A stretch of 64,000 nt of DNA, taken from positions 1,289,992 to 1,353,991 of the forward strand of contig OZ244866.1 in NCBI GenBank assembly GCA_965221185.1. Reading direction: 5' to 3'. Below are positions 25,426 to 35,602 of this stretch, in pieces. Source of the stretch: Candidatus Aldehydirespirator sp. (GTDB lineage Bacteria; Actinomycetota; Acidimicrobiia; Acidimicrobiales; Aldehydirespiratoraceae). Under the pieces are notes generated by a model. The model was not told the origin of the DNA, did not search any database, and saw only the letters and a program-made list of their open reading frames with translations. Numbering within the stretch: position 1 is the first letter of the stretch; every line of letters starts with the position of its first letter. The position numbers and the translations under genes were made by a program.

Positions 25426-28400
25426 ATGCCGGAACAGTTGAGGCGTTGCCTAATCGTAGGAATCGTTGTTGTGCTGCTGGCCAGCGCTTGCTCAGGCGAT
25501 GGCGATCCTGACGCGGGCGCGGGCGACCGGTCCGGCGACGCTCCCACACTTGCTCCTGGCGGCGAGGGCGGCGAGGGCGACGGCAATGCTCCCGCACCTG
25601 CTCCTGGCGGCGAGGGCGACCGGTCCGGCAATGCTCCGACGCTTGCTCCCATAGCTTCGGCCCGCGGTTTGGGCGGTTCGGGGCGGGGAACATTGTTGAC
25701 CGTTCGGCTGAGCGAGGGCGATGCAATCGGCGGTCTGAGTTCGCCCGCCGTGAGCCGAGTGGACGGCCGTCCGCTCGATGCTGCGGAAATCCGCTCGGTG
25801 ACCGACCGGCTGCCGCCATGGGACGACGACGAGAGCGACGCAGCCGACTTCAACCGCCCGCCCGAGACGCTGCCGCCGCCCCGCACCGGCGAGACCATTG
25901 ATCGGCCGTTCCCGGCCGGGCCGGACATCGACGCACCCGATGTCGATCCCGGACCCCTGGCGGTGCTGCGGGTGCAGCCCGAGGGTGATGTGGGGATCGC
26001 TCCCTTCGTCAGCATCACCTTCAACCAGCTGATGGTGCCGCTCGCCACCATCAGCCAACTCGACGATCTCGACATTCCAGCCACGATCACCCCGTCGCTG
26101 CCGGGGCGCTGGCAATGGATCGGCACTCGCACACTCCGCTTCGAACACGACCCGGAGATATTCGACCGCTTGCCGATGGCGACCTCCTATGTGGTCGAGG
26201 TCCCCGCACCGACGACGTCGCAGTCCGGCGGCGAGCTGGCCGAGGCCGTTCGCTTCGAGTTCGAGACCCCGACGCCCAACATGGTGTGGCTCGTCCCCCA
26301 GCACGACTCGCTCGATCTCCAACCGGTCTTCCTCGTCGCCTTCGATCAACGGATCGAGCCTGCCGCCGCCCTCGAGGCCATCACGTTCTCCGCCGGTGGC
26401 GACCAGCATCAGATCCGCCTCGCCAGTGATGCCGAGATCGAAGCCGACGAGTACCTCAGCTCCCTGCTCGGGTATGCACTCGACGACACATGGGTCGCCT
26501 TCCGCCCGGCGGCACCGCTCGAGCCCGACTCATCGATCAGGATCGAGGTCGGCCCGCATGTGCCGTCGGCCGAGGGCCCGAACACCAGCGGCAACTCTTC
26601 TGTTGTGGAGGCCCGCACCTACGCGCCGCTGCGGGTGGAGCACACAGGTTGCTCATATCAGGGGTGCCGGCCGGGGCGTGCGCTCACCGTCTGGTTCAAC
26701 AACACGCTGGATGCGGAGACGCTCGATGCGGCCGACGTCTCCATAGCGCCAGAGCTCCCCGGCGCCACTGTCTCGGTACACGGCAGCACCATCACCATCG
26801 CCGGGCCCACCGCCGGCGGCACCACCTATGAGGTGGTGATCCCCGGAGGGCTGGGCGACGTGTTCGGTCAGACCTTGGGAGAGCCCGAGACCGTCGAGTT
26901 CAGCATCGACGAAGCGCTCCCTCACCTCAGCTTCATGGGAGGGCGACTCGCCACCGTTGATCCGCTCGGCGCGCAGCAGACGATTCCTGTCCTGGTGCGC
27001 CAATGGGAGCAGCTACGTGTGCGCCTCCATCCAGTGGAGCCGAGCGACTACGGGTCGTTCCTGGATTTTGCGTCTCGCTGGCGACGGAGCCGGAACAGGA
27101 GTGCGGTGGCTGTGCCGTGGCCTGCGGCCATCGACGAGGTAATCGACACCGGTATCGACCATGACGCCCTCACCGAGGTTCCCATAGATCTCTCCGGCGT
27201 CCTCAACGGCGAGCACGGTCATGTCGTCATGATCGTCGACGGGGCCGGCCGGCTCGCCGAGACCGAGACCGGCCACTCGACGATGGCCTGGGTGCAGGAC
27301 ACCGACATCGGCGTCGACATGATCACCGACTATCGCGATGTGGCGGTGTGGACCACCGACCTGCGCTCCGGCGATCCGCTGTCCGGCGTGGAGATCGAGT
27401 TGGAGGGCCGGGACTCGACGCTCACCACCGATGACGACGGCCTCGCCCGCGCCTCGCTCGATTTCGGCGGACATGGGTGGGTTGTCGCCTCGCTCGGCGC
27501 CGACCGGGCCCTCCTGCCTGTGAGCGTCGCGGCGTGGCCGCAGGACGACCAGACCATCTGGTACACCGCGGATGATCGCGGCATATACCGCCCCGGCGAG
27601 ACGCTGCACCTGAAGGGCTGGGTTCGAAACCTCGATCTGAGCGGCGATGGCGACCTCGAGTTCCTTCCCCGCGGAGAACTCGTCACCTACACCGTCTCCG
27701 GCCCGTTCGGCAACGATCTCGGCAAGGGTGAGGTCCGTCTGGACGACCACGGCGGCTTTGATCTCACCGTCGAATTGCCGGAAGGGGCAAACCTCGGCTG
27801 GAGCAGCATCCTGTTCCAGCGTCCGGGCAGCCCCGGGGATGGCTGGCACTATCACTCGTTCCAGGTCCAGGAGTTCCGCCGCCCCGAGTTCGAAGTGGAG
27901 ACACGCCTCGAATCAGCCGGTCCCCATCTGGTCGACGAGCCGGCGGTGGCCGCGGTCGACGCGGCGTACTTCTCCGGCGGCCCCCTCCCCGACGCTGAGG
28001 TCACCTGGACGGTCACCACCCGGCAGGGCTCGTACTCCCCGCCCAACTGGAGCGAGTTCACGTTCGGCGTATGGCGCCCATGGTGGTACTTCGGTGACTT
28101 CGACGAGCCGTGGTCCGAGCCGCAGCGCAAGACCTTCTCGGGCCAGACCGACTCCAGCGGCAGCCATTACCTGCGCATGGACTTCGAGGGCGATGGCGAC
28201 CATCTCCCCTCCACGGTGACCGCTGAAGCTCGAGTGCTCGACGTGAACCGCCAGCAATGGGCATCGGCAACCGACATCCTGGTCCATTCCGCCGGCCTCT
28301 ATGTCGGTGTTCGCTCCGCCCGTATTTTCGTGAGGGCCGGAGACGGGCTCGACATCGGCGCCGTGGTGACCGACATCGACGGCAACCCGGTTCCTGGCCG

Positions 28401-31400
28401 ATCCTTCGAGATCACCGCAGCCCGCATCGTCAACCAGTATGTCGACGGCCAGTGGACTGAGGTCCCGATGGACGCACAGACCTGCGAGGCCGTTTCGGAG
28501 CAGACGCCGCTCGAATGCGAGTTCGCGGCCGACATCGGAGGCCGCTACCGCATTTCTGCGAACGTCGTCGATGATGCGGGGCGGACCAGCCGCAGCGAGT
28601 TGACCCGCTGGGTCGCCGGCGCGAGAAGCGGCCCGCCGAGCCGCAGGATCGATCTCGAAGCCGCCAACGTGATTCCCGATGCCGAGAGCTACGCCGCGGG
28701 AGACACCGCGGAGATTCTCGTCGACTCGCCCTTCGTGTCGGCGACCGGCCTCCTGACGATCGCCCACAATCAGATCATCGAGCTCCGCACTTTCGAGATC
28801 GCTAACCATGCCGCCGTTCTCGAAGTGCCGATCACCGACGATCATGTTCCCGAGCTCGCGGTGCAGGTCGAGCTTGTCTCCACCACCGAGCGAACCGCCG
28901 ATGACGGAACCAGCTTGGAAGGTGCGCCCCATCGTCCCGCCTATGCGTCCGGGCAGGCCCTGCTGCGGGTCCCGCCGTTGCTGCGGACTCTCGACGTCAC
29001 CGCCGAGCCCGCGTCGACCGTGGTCAAGCCGGGCGCGGCCACGAGCATCGCGGTGGAGGTCAACGACGCCGGCGGTGCTGCGGTCGAGGGGGCCAACGTG
29101 CTTCTCATCGTTGTGGACGAGGCGGTGCTGGCCGTGTCGGGCTACCAGTTGAGAGATCCCATCGATGTCTTCTACCGCCCCTGGACGGCGCGCCTGCACA
29201 CCGCGCGAGGCAGGGGCACCATCCTGCTCGAGAGCCCGCAGGAGCTCCTGCGCCTGATCGAGGAGGACTTCGCGGAACCCATGGCCGAGGAAGAGGCCGT
29301 GGCGGAGGCGGCTGCGGATTCCGACGGGGGCGGCCGGTCTGGCTCGGCGGGACTCCAGGTTGATGTCCGCGAGAACCTCGACGCTCTGGCACTGTTCGAC
29401 CCCGAGGCAGCCACCGATGCCGCGGGCCGGATCACGGTCGGGTTCGATCTGCCCGACAACCTCACCCGCTACCGGGTGATGGCGGTCGCGGTCGACGGCG
29501 CCGAGCGCTTCGGTACGGCCGAGTCTGCCATCACCGCGCGACTGCCCCTCCAGGTCCGGCCCTCGGCCCCCCGGTTCCTGAACTATGGCGACGAGTTCGA
29601 GCTGCCGATCGTCGTCCAGAACCAGACCAACTCCGACATGGAGGTGGACCTGGTCGTGCAGACCTCCAACCTCGAGCTGGTCGGGTCGCCGGGACGGCGG
29701 GTGACGGTGCCCGCCAACGATCGGGTCGAGGTTCGGTTCCCGGCGCGAACGAACTCACCGGGCACAGCCCGCTTCCGGGCGGTGGCGGTGTCGGGCGACC
29801 ACGCCGACGCCCAGATCGTAGCGCTGCCTGTGTACACCCCGGCCACCAGCGAGGCATTCGCCACCTACGGGGTGGTCGACGAGGGCGCGGTCGTCCAGTC
29901 GATAGCCGCGCTGCGAGACGTGATTCCTCAGTTCGGCGGGCTCGAGATCAACACCTCATCGACCGCGCTCCAGGCCCTGACCGACGCCGTGCTGTACCTC
30001 TCCGACTACCGGTACGCCAGCTCCGATGCCTACGCCAGCCGCATCCTGGCCATCTCCGCACTGCGCGACGTGCTCGGGGCCTTCGAGGCCGAGGGTCTCG
30101 CCAGCCCCGGCGAACTCGACGCCACCGTGCGCCGCGACATCGCCGAACTGTCGGCCCTCCAGAACAGCGACGGCGGCTTCGGGTGGTGGTCGCGCAACCG
30201 TCCTTCGAGCCCATACCAGTCGATTCAGGCGATGCATGCTCTGACAGTTGCCCAGAACGAGGGCTTCACCGTGTCCGACGGCGTCATGTCCAGCGGGCAC
30301 TGGTATCTGCAGAGCATCGAAGACCGGATCCCGGCCCACTACAGCCAGCGAAGCAGGGACATGCTGTTGGCCTACGCGCTTCATGTCCGATCGCTGGGCG
30401 GAGATCGAGACGGCCGCGCCGCCCTCGCCCTTTGGGAACGCCGGGGCACGGATCTGGAGTCGGATGCCCTCGCCTGGATTTGGCCGGTGGTAGACGACGA
30501 CGCCGTCGAAGCCAGTATCGAGCGGGTCTTTAACAACCGGGTAGTGGAGACCGCTGGGGCAGCCGCATTCGTCACGGACTACGGCGAAGACGCCTATCTG
30601 CTGCTGCATTCCAGCCGCCGCACCGACGCCATCGTGCTCGATGCTCTGATCACGATGGCTCCCGAGTCGGATCTCGTTGCCAAGGTCGTGGCTGGACTGT
30701 TGGCCAACCGGGTCAGGGGACGCTGGAACAACGTCCAGGAGAACTCGTTCATCCTGCTGGCCCTGAACCGTTACTTCGCCGCCTTCGAGGCGACCGATCC
30801 CGACTTTGTCGCCCGGGTGTGGCTCGGCGACCTCTACGCCGCGCAGCACCAGTTCTCCGGGCGCAGCACCGATCGCGCCCTGACGCTGGTCCCGATGGCG
30901 GAGCTGCTGGCAGCGGGCGACTCCGATCTCATCGTCGAGAAGGACGGAGAGGGCCGCCTCTACTACCGCCTAGGTCTTCGCTACGCCCCCGACGACCTCA
31001 ACCTGGATCCTCTGGACCGAGGCTTCGTGGTGCAGCGCAGCTACGAGGCAGTCGACGATCCCGGCGATGTGTGGCTCGACGACGACGGTGTCTGGCATGT
31101 GCTGGCCGGGGCCCAGGTGCGGGTCAACGTGACCATGGTCAACGACAGCCGACGCACCAACATGGCGCTGGTCGATCCCATGCCCGCAGGCTTCGAGTCG
31201 CTCAACCCGGCACTGGCGGTGACCGGCGAGATCGACGCCCGCCGCGGCGGGGCCACCGATTCATGGTGGTGGTGGACTTGGTACGAGCACCAGAACCTCC
31301 GCGACGACCGTGCCGAGGCCTTCTCGTCGTACCTGCGGGCCGGCACCCACGAATACAGCTACGTCGTCCGGGCCACCACCCCGGGCACCTTCGTCGTGCC

Positions 31401-31485
31401 CCCAGCCAAAGCCGAAGAAATCTACGCCCCCGAAGTATTCGGCCGCTCCCGCACCGACACAGTCATCGTGCAAGACCAGCGGTGA
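25426..31485 (+). CDS. alpha-2-macroglobulin-family lipoprotein (2019 aa), thioester-less type
   Basis: AGGAGG sits about 20 nt upstream of the ATG. The signal/lipobox is GIVVVLLASAC. The protein has a long run of MG-type beta domains and a C-terminal TED-like alpha/alpha region (LQNSDGGFGWWS...). Where the thioester CxEQ is expected the sequence reads YRYASSDAYASRI (about 30004-30045), so there is no Cys. Confidence 0.8.
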   Translation: MPEQLRRCLIVGIVVVLLASACSGDGDPDAGAGDRSGDAPTLAPGGEGGEGDGNAPAPAPGGEGDRSGNAPTLAPIASARGLGGSGRGTLLTVRLSEGDAIGGLSSPAVSRVDGRPLDAAEIRSVTDRLPPWDDDESDAADFNRPPETLPPPRTGETIDRPFPAGPDIDAPDVDPGPLAVLRVQPEGDVGIAPFVSITFNQLMVPLATISQLDDLDIPATITPSLPGRWQWIGTRTLRFEHDPEIFDRLPMATSYVVEVPAPTTSQSGGELAEAVRFEFETPTPNMVWLVPQHDSLDLQPVFLVAFDQRIEPAAALEAITFSAGGDQHQIRLASDAEIEADEYLSSLLGYALDDTWVAFRPAAPLEPDSSIRIEVGPHVPSAEGPNTSGNSSVVEARTYAPLRVEHTGCSYQGCRPGRALTVWFNNTLDAETLDAADVSIAPELPGATVSVHGSTITIAGPTAGGTTYEVVIPGGLGDVFGQTLGEPETVEFSIDEALPHLSFMGGRLATVDPLGAQQTIPVLVRQWEQLRVRLHPVEPSDYGSFLDFASRWRRSRNRSAVAVPWPAAIDEVIDTGIDHDALTEVPIDLSGVLNGEHGHVVMIVDGAGRLAETETGHSTMAWVQDTDIGVDMITDYRDVAVWTTDLRSGDPLSGVEIELEGRDSTLTTDDDGLARASLDFGGHGWVVASLGADRALLPVSVAAWPQDDQTIWYTADDRGIYRPGETLHLKGWVRNLDLSGDGDLEFLPRGELVTYTVSGPFGNDLGKGEVRLDDHGGFDLTVELPEGANLGWSSILFQRPGSPGDGWHYHSFQVQEFRRPEFEVETRLESAGPHLVDEPAVAAVDAAYFSGGPLPDAEVTWTVTTRQGSYSPPNWSEFTFGVWRPWWYFGDFDEPWSEPQRKTFSGQTDSSGSHYLRMDFEGDGDHLPSTVTAEARVLDVNRQQWASATDILVHSAGLYVGVRSARIFVRAGDGLDIGAVVTDIDGNPVPGRSFEITAARIVNQYVDGQWTEVPMDAQTCEAVSEQTPLECEFAADIGGRYRISANVVDDAGRTSRSELTRWVAGARSGPPSRRIDLEAANVIPDAESYAAGDTAEILVDSPFVSATGLLTIAHNQIIELRTFEIANHAAVLEVPITDDHVPELAVQVELVSTTERTADDGTSLEGAPHRPAYASGQALLRVPPLLRTLDVTAEPASTVVKPGAATSIAVEVNDAGGAAVEGANVLLIVVDEAVLAVSGYQLRDPIDVFYRPWTARLHTARGRGTILLESPQELLRLIEEDFAEPMAEEEAVAEAAADSDGGGRSGSAGLQVDVRENLDALALFDPEAATDAAGRITVGFDLPDNLTRYRVMAVAVDGAERFGTAESAITARLPLQVRPSAPRFLNYGDEFELPIVVQNQTNSDMEVDLVVQTSNLELVGSPGRRVTVPANDRVEVRFPARTNSPGTARFRAVAVSGDHADAQIVALPVYTPATSEAFATYGVVDEGAVVQSIAALRDVIPQFGGLEINTSSTALQALTDAVLYLSDYRYASSDAYASRILAISALRDVLGAFEAEGLASPGELDATVRRDIAELSALQNSDGGFGWWSRNRPSSPYQSIQAMHALTVAQNEGFTVSDGVMSSGHWYLQSIEDRIPAHYSQRSRDMLLAYALHVRSLGGDRDGRAALALWERRGTDLESDALAWIWPVVDDDAVEASIERVFNNRVVETAGAAAFVTDYGEDAYLLLHSSRRTDAIVLDALITMAPESDLVAKVVAGLLANRVRGRWNNVQENSFILLALNRYFAAFEATDPDFVARVWLGDLYAAQHQFSGRSTDRALTLVPMAELLAAGDSDLIVEKDGEGRLYYRLGLRYAPDDLNLDPLDRGFVVQRSYEAVDDPGDVWLDDDGVWHVLAGAQVRVNVTMVNDSRRTNMALVDPMPAGFESLNPALAVTGEIDARRGGATDSWWWWTWYEHQNLRDDRAEAFSSYLRAGTHEYSYVVRATTPGTFVVPPAKAEEIYAPEVFGRSRTDTVIVQDQR

Positions 31486-31578
31486 GCCTAACCGCCCAGC
31501 GCGCAGGCCACCGAGTGGACGCGTTTGCTGTCGAATCTGTCGTGCTGCTGGGGCGTCAGACTCTCGCAGTCACGCAGG
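30385..31578 (+). repeat. 1194-bp direct repeat, copy A (3' end of the A2M gene plus 93 bp downstream)
   Basis: It is colinear with 39268-40461 at a constant offset of 8883 bp. I see only about seven substitutions by eye (examples: gtggta/gtagtc, ttt/ctt, gacgacggt/gacggcgat, gtggac/gtagac) and no indels. Confidence 0.9.
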
Positions 31579-32080
31579 AATGCTCCAGTCGACAGCGTCG
31601 AGACCGGTGTCGGCGACAGGCACATTGCGCCACGCTGACGAAGTTCTCAGCGGGCCCGCGGGCAAGTTCGCCCGCCGAGAACGGCCATAGATCGATGATG
31701 GCCAGCCGCCCGGCCAGCGATTCCGACACCGTGGGCACGGTCAGAAAGTTCGTCGAACCCGTGATGACGAACCGACCCGGTGACGGATCGCGGTCGACGG
31801 CCATCTTGATTGCGGCCACCAGCGGATCGCCGGCCCGCTGGATCTCGTCGACCACCAGCGGTCCCGGCTGCTCGACGAATCCGACCGGGTCGCCTCGGGC
31901 CGCCTCCAGCAGAGCCGGATCGTCGAGCGTGGCGAATGTGCCTCCCAATCGGTCGCATATCTGCCGGGCGAGCGTGGTCTTGCCCGTCTGCCGGGCGCCG
32001 TGAATCAGAATCACCCGTGCTCCGCCCAGCGCGGCGTCGATCTCGCCCGAGACGTGCCGAGGAAGCACTGATGCAGACAT
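31556..32080 (-). pseudogene. AAA_14/DUF4143-type ATPase, C-terminal ~60% missing
   Basis: MSASVLPRHVSGEIDAALGGARVILIHGARQTGKTTLARQI...LVVDEIQRAGD...SLAGRLAIIDLWPFSAGEL. After that point the sequence turns to junk (VAQCACRRHRSRR...) near the end of the 1194-bp repeat. Confidence 0.6.
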
Positions 32081-32357
32081 CCGCCCTATGCAGTACAAGA
32101 ATTTCATCTGTGCTAATGCAATATTTTGCCACCAACTGCCGCGAGATTCGTCCTCTGGGCGCCGGCACGAGCGCTACTAGCACGAGACTGGACAGCCCGC
32201 GAACGGGGTCCGCTCATGTCGGTCCGGCGTTTCCTGGCTCGTCCGGCCACTGACATCGGCTTTAGGCCGGCTGCCGGACGCGTGGGCTGGCTGGCCAAGC
32301 TGATCTGTGACGACTCGTCGGGTTGACATTCTTCATCAATGCTGTATTATTTCATGT

Positions 32358-32573
32358 ATGGCGACGGTCGGAGGGGCTCGAAGCGCGGCACACAACGGCC
32401 AGCGCGTTCGAAGCCCCGCGCCCGCACGCCGCAGTGAGCTTCTGAACGAGACAGACTGCTATCTTGCCGAACTGATCGAGGAAGTCGGCGAGCCGTCACC
32501 GGAGGAGGTGGCCGAGGCCGAAGCCTGGTGCGACCGCATCGAGCGCCACCTCAAGAAGGCGCCCGGCACCTGA
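32358..32573 (+). CDS. putative antitoxin (VapB-like) of the downstream PIN toxin
   Basis: It is 71 aa, and its stop overlaps the toxin ATG (TGATG). It has an acidic C-terminus (EEVGEPSPEEVAEAEAWCDRIE). Confidence 0.5.
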   Translation: MATVGGARSAAHNGQRVRSPAPARRSELLNETDCYLAELIEEVGEPSPEEVAEAEAWCDRIERHLKKAPGT

Positions 32574-32968
32574 TGAGAGCGGTCGTTCTCGACTCGGGGG
32601 CGGTCACCCGACTCGCGAGCCGAGATCGCCTCTCGGCGGCTCGCATCGAATGGTTGAAGCGCCGAGGCATCTGGCCGCCGGTGGTGCCCTCCGTCGTACT
32701 CTCGGAATGCCTGACGGGACGCCAGAGCATCGATGCCGTCACGAACCGTTTCCTCAAGGGCTGCGACATCGAAGAGCAACTGCCCGAGCAGATCGCGAGG
32801 AACGCCGGCAGGCTCCGGGACCGCACAGGCCGAGCCTCAGAGATCTCGGCAGTGGACGCCGTTGTCATCGCCATGGCTGAGCCCGATGGCATAGTGCTGA
32901 GCACCGACCCCGAGGATCTCGGCGCGCTCGCAGCCCACGCGCTAGGCGTCGCCGTGGAGCGGCCCTGA
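32573..32968 (+). CDS. vapC: PIN-domain ribonuclease toxin (VapC-like)
   Basis: MRAVVLDSGAVTRLA... carries the first acidic Asp. Later come ...EISAVDAVVIAMA... and ...IVLSTDPEDL, matching the PIN acidic quartet pattern. The gene is coupled to a small upstream ORF. Confidence 0.65.
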   Translation: MRAVVLDSGAVTRLASRDRLSAARIEWLKRRGIWPPVVPSVVLSECLTGRQSIDAVTNRFLKGCDIEEQLPEQIARNAGRLRDRTGRASEISAVDAVVIAMAEPDGIVLSTDPEDLGALAAHALGVAVERP

Positions 32969-33389
32969 GGCCTCCATCCCACAGCCAGTCCAGGTAGGCG
33001 AAGGCGAGATCTTCGCCAAAGTGGTCGATCGTGGCACAGGCGTTGAGGGTGAGGCAGGCCTGCACCGACTCTGGCCTCGGATGAAGCACGGCGGTATCAC
33101 ACGGGACGCGTACCCTGCTGTCTGATTGAATCGCTGCTTCGGTGGCCGGGATTGGTGCTGCGCGGCGATGTGGCACGTTCCTGGCTGCGCTGCGTGAGGC
33201 GGCTGCCACCGGCGGGGCCGGCGACAGCACGTCGCGCTGATTGCCGCTCGCACCGTCGACGGTCACCATCGTGCCGACCTACGAATGGGAGCGCGTGTTC
33301 GGAAGGGAATTCGCTGCGCCCGACAGCGACTCGTTGTCGCCGAGACCGGTGACCGGATCGTGGGTTTGGGGCACAGCTAGTGTCTTGGT

Positions 33390-34382
33390 GTGGAGGACTT
33401 CGTTGTTGCCCGCAACCCTGACGGTGCGTCGTCGTTGCCGTTCTTGGTGCGGCTGCCGTTGCGGTCCGGGCCGGTCGTGCTGAAAGTGCGCGAGACCTGG
33501 CCCCGGACCTCGAAGGTGTACTGTCATCCCTCACAGGACTGGCCGGCTGATCCCTCGATCATCGAGCGGGTGCCGGTGCGGTCCTGTGTGCGCAGGGGCG
33601 CGACCATCGATCTGGTGCTTGATCGGGGAAGGGAGAACCGTTCCCAGTTCGTGTTCGCCACGGCCAGGAACCGCCAGGTGGTGTTCTGGCAGTCGGCGCG
33701 CACCCGCAGCCAGGCCCGTCCCAACGTGTCGCTGCCGACCGCTCGGGCTTCGGGCGTGGAGGGCCTGGAGATCATCGTCGACAGCCACGAGCGGTACGCC
33801 TGGAAGTTCTCCCACCAGCAGGCCACCACCGTGCGGCGCGCCCTGCATGCCGGTGACTACGCCGTCGAGCACGACGGCCGGATTCTCGCCGGGGTGGAAC
33901 GCAAGAGTCTCGCCGACCTGGTGGCCACCGTCACCGGGGGGAAGCTCTGGTATCTGCTGGCCGGTCTGGCCTCGCTGGAGCGGGCCGCGGTCGTCGTGGA
34001 GGACCGGTACTCGAAGTTGTTCAAACTCGACCGGGTCCGCCCATCCGTCATTGCCGACACTCTCGGCGAGGCCGCGGTGCGCTATCCGGGCGTGCCGGTC
34101 GCGTTCTGCGAGACCCGCTCGCTGGCCCAGGAGTGGACCTACCGGTTCTTGGGCGCCGCGGTGGCCGAGCACCGCCGCACCGCCGGCGCCGACGCGTTCG
34201 CCGATCGATTTCCGGCGCCGGGCCACGAATTCCCCGAGTTGGAACCGACCACGGCCGAGGTTCGAGCCTGGGCCCGCGCCGGCGGGCTCGACGCGCCCCA
34301 GCGGGGGCGACTCCGTCCCGAGGTCTGGACCGCGTACCACCGAGCCCACGCCGCCGACGCCGCACAGCGGCCGCCGCCGTGA
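33390..34382 (+). CDS. ERCC4-type nuclease domain protein with C-terminal Lsr2-like DNA-binding domain
   Basis: The ERCC4 motifs are AGDYAVE...GVERKSLADLVATV...AAVVVEDRY. The C-terminal TTAEVRAWARAGGLDAPQRGRLRPEVWTAYHRAH matches the Lsr2 C-terminal AT-hook-like domain pattern (VRAWA...G..V..RGRI...V..AY). Confidence 0.7.
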   Translation: MEDFVVARNPDGASSLPFLVRLPLRSGPVVLKVRETWPRTSKVYCHPSQDWPADPSIIERVPVRSCVRRGATIDLVLDRGRENRSQFVFATARNRQVVFWQSARTRSQARPNVSLPTARASGVEGLEIIVDSHERYAWKFSHQQATTVRRALHAGDYAVEHDGRILAGVERKSLADLVATVTGGKLWYLLAGLASLERAAVVVEDRYSKLFKLDRVRPSVIADTLGEAAVRYPGVPVAFCETRSLAQEWTYRFLGAAVAEHRRTAGADAFADRFPAPGHEFPELEPTTAEVRAWARAGGLDAPQRGRLRPEVWTAYHRAHAADAAQRPPP

Positions 34383-34603
34383 TTGTCACGCGGTCTGGAG
34401 CGATTTGAGCGGTTGATATGCTGTCCCGGTACATGTTTGACGCGTTGGCTCCGGTGGGTGTGTTACACCTTTGGGACGCGGTTCCGGTAGCTGGGCGAGA
34501 CTGGCTCTGGTAGCTGTGTTATACGGGATGGTCCGCGTTTGGCGGTGCTGAGCCCTCTTCAGTGTGTGGCGGCCTGGTCGTCACCTGTTGGGAGGGGGTC
34601 GTC

Positions 34604-35590
34604 GTGTTGGTGGAGCTCGGTGTGGTGGAGCAGCGGCATGGGGCGGTGTTGGAGGTGTTGCGCGACGGCGTTGCGGTTCGGGGTGACGCGCCAGACGGTG
34701 CATCGGTGGCTCAGGCGGTATGCGTCGAGGGGTCTGGCGGGGTTGGCGGATCAGTCGCCGCGCCCTGATGGGTGTCCGCATCAGATGCCAGCTGAGGTGG
34801 AGGCTTTGGTGGTTCAGCTGCGGCGGGAGAATCCGGGGTGGGGGCCGCGCACGCTGTTGTTCGGGCTCGAGGCCCGGGGTGTTCAGCCGTTGCCGGGGCG
34901 GTCCTCGGTGTATCGCTGCCTGGTGCGTCACGGGCTGATCCAGCCTGAGGCGAGGAGGCGGAAGAGATCCGATTACAAGCGCTGGGAGCGCAGCAGGGCG
35001 ATGGAGCTGTGGCAGATGGACGTGGTCGGCGGGGTGATGCTGGTTGGCGGCTCCAAGGCGTCGATCGTGAGGGGATCGACGACCATTCGCGGTTCGGAGT
35101 GTCGGCTCATGTGGTGGAGCGGGCGACGTCGCGCCCGACGTGTGACGCGCTGAGCAAGGCGATGCGGGCGTGGGGAGTGCCTGATCAGGTCCTCACTGAC
35201 AATGCGAAGGTGTTCACGGGCCGGTTCGGGCCCAGCGCGGGCGGTGAGGTGCTGTTTGATCGGATCTGTCGAGAGAACGGGATCTTCGAACGCCGTCACC
35301 AGGGGATCGGCGACGTCGTGCCGTGGGAGAGGTTCCGCCTGGCCATCGAGGACCGTCCCGCTGAGTCCAAACAGACCCCCACGCAGGCGGCGACGACACG
35401 CAAGGTCTCCGCGGTAGGCAAGATCAGCTTCGCAGCCCAGCCGTATCCCGTTGGTGTGTGGCTCACGGGTGAGACCGTGGAGGTGTCTGTGGATGCCGGG
35501 CTGGTCACGATCAGCCACCGCGGTCCGATCGTGGATCAGCGGCTGTCTCAGGGCTGTCTCATGTTGAGACACAGGGCCGCCGCGAGGTGA
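34604..35590 (+). pseudogene. IS481-family transposase, frameshifted and internally deleted
   Basis: Pieces lie in three frames. They include VELGVVEQRHGAVLEVL.DG, then FGVTRQTVHRWLRRYASRGLAGLADQSPRP...LRRENPGWGPRTL...WQMDV. Further pieces are GIDDHSRFGVSAHVV...VLTDNAKVFTGRF...ICRENGI and then directly ERRHQGIGDVVPWERF. The GKVERFH block is missing. Confidence 0.7.
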
Positions 35591-35602
35591 TGTACCCTTG
35601 AC

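Noticed and set aside
27913-29199. Long antisense ORFs, such as the 428-aa ORF opposite the A2M gene. Similar ones are 25407..26132, 33531..34349, 34973..36376, 46641..47837, 51505..52338, 56412..57272, 59403..60119 and 62718..63449.
   Set aside because: These are typical high-GC shadow ORFs. They are Arg/Gly/Pro/His-rich, have no motifs, and lie opposite genes with strong family signatures.
33177-33203. A 27-bp segment identical to 24011-24037 (the FLAALREAA coding part of the AbrB-like gene), lying upstream of the ERCC4 gene
   Set aside because: It is too short to call a gene remnant with confidence, and the surrounding sequence contains stops in that frame. It is noted only as another possible shard.
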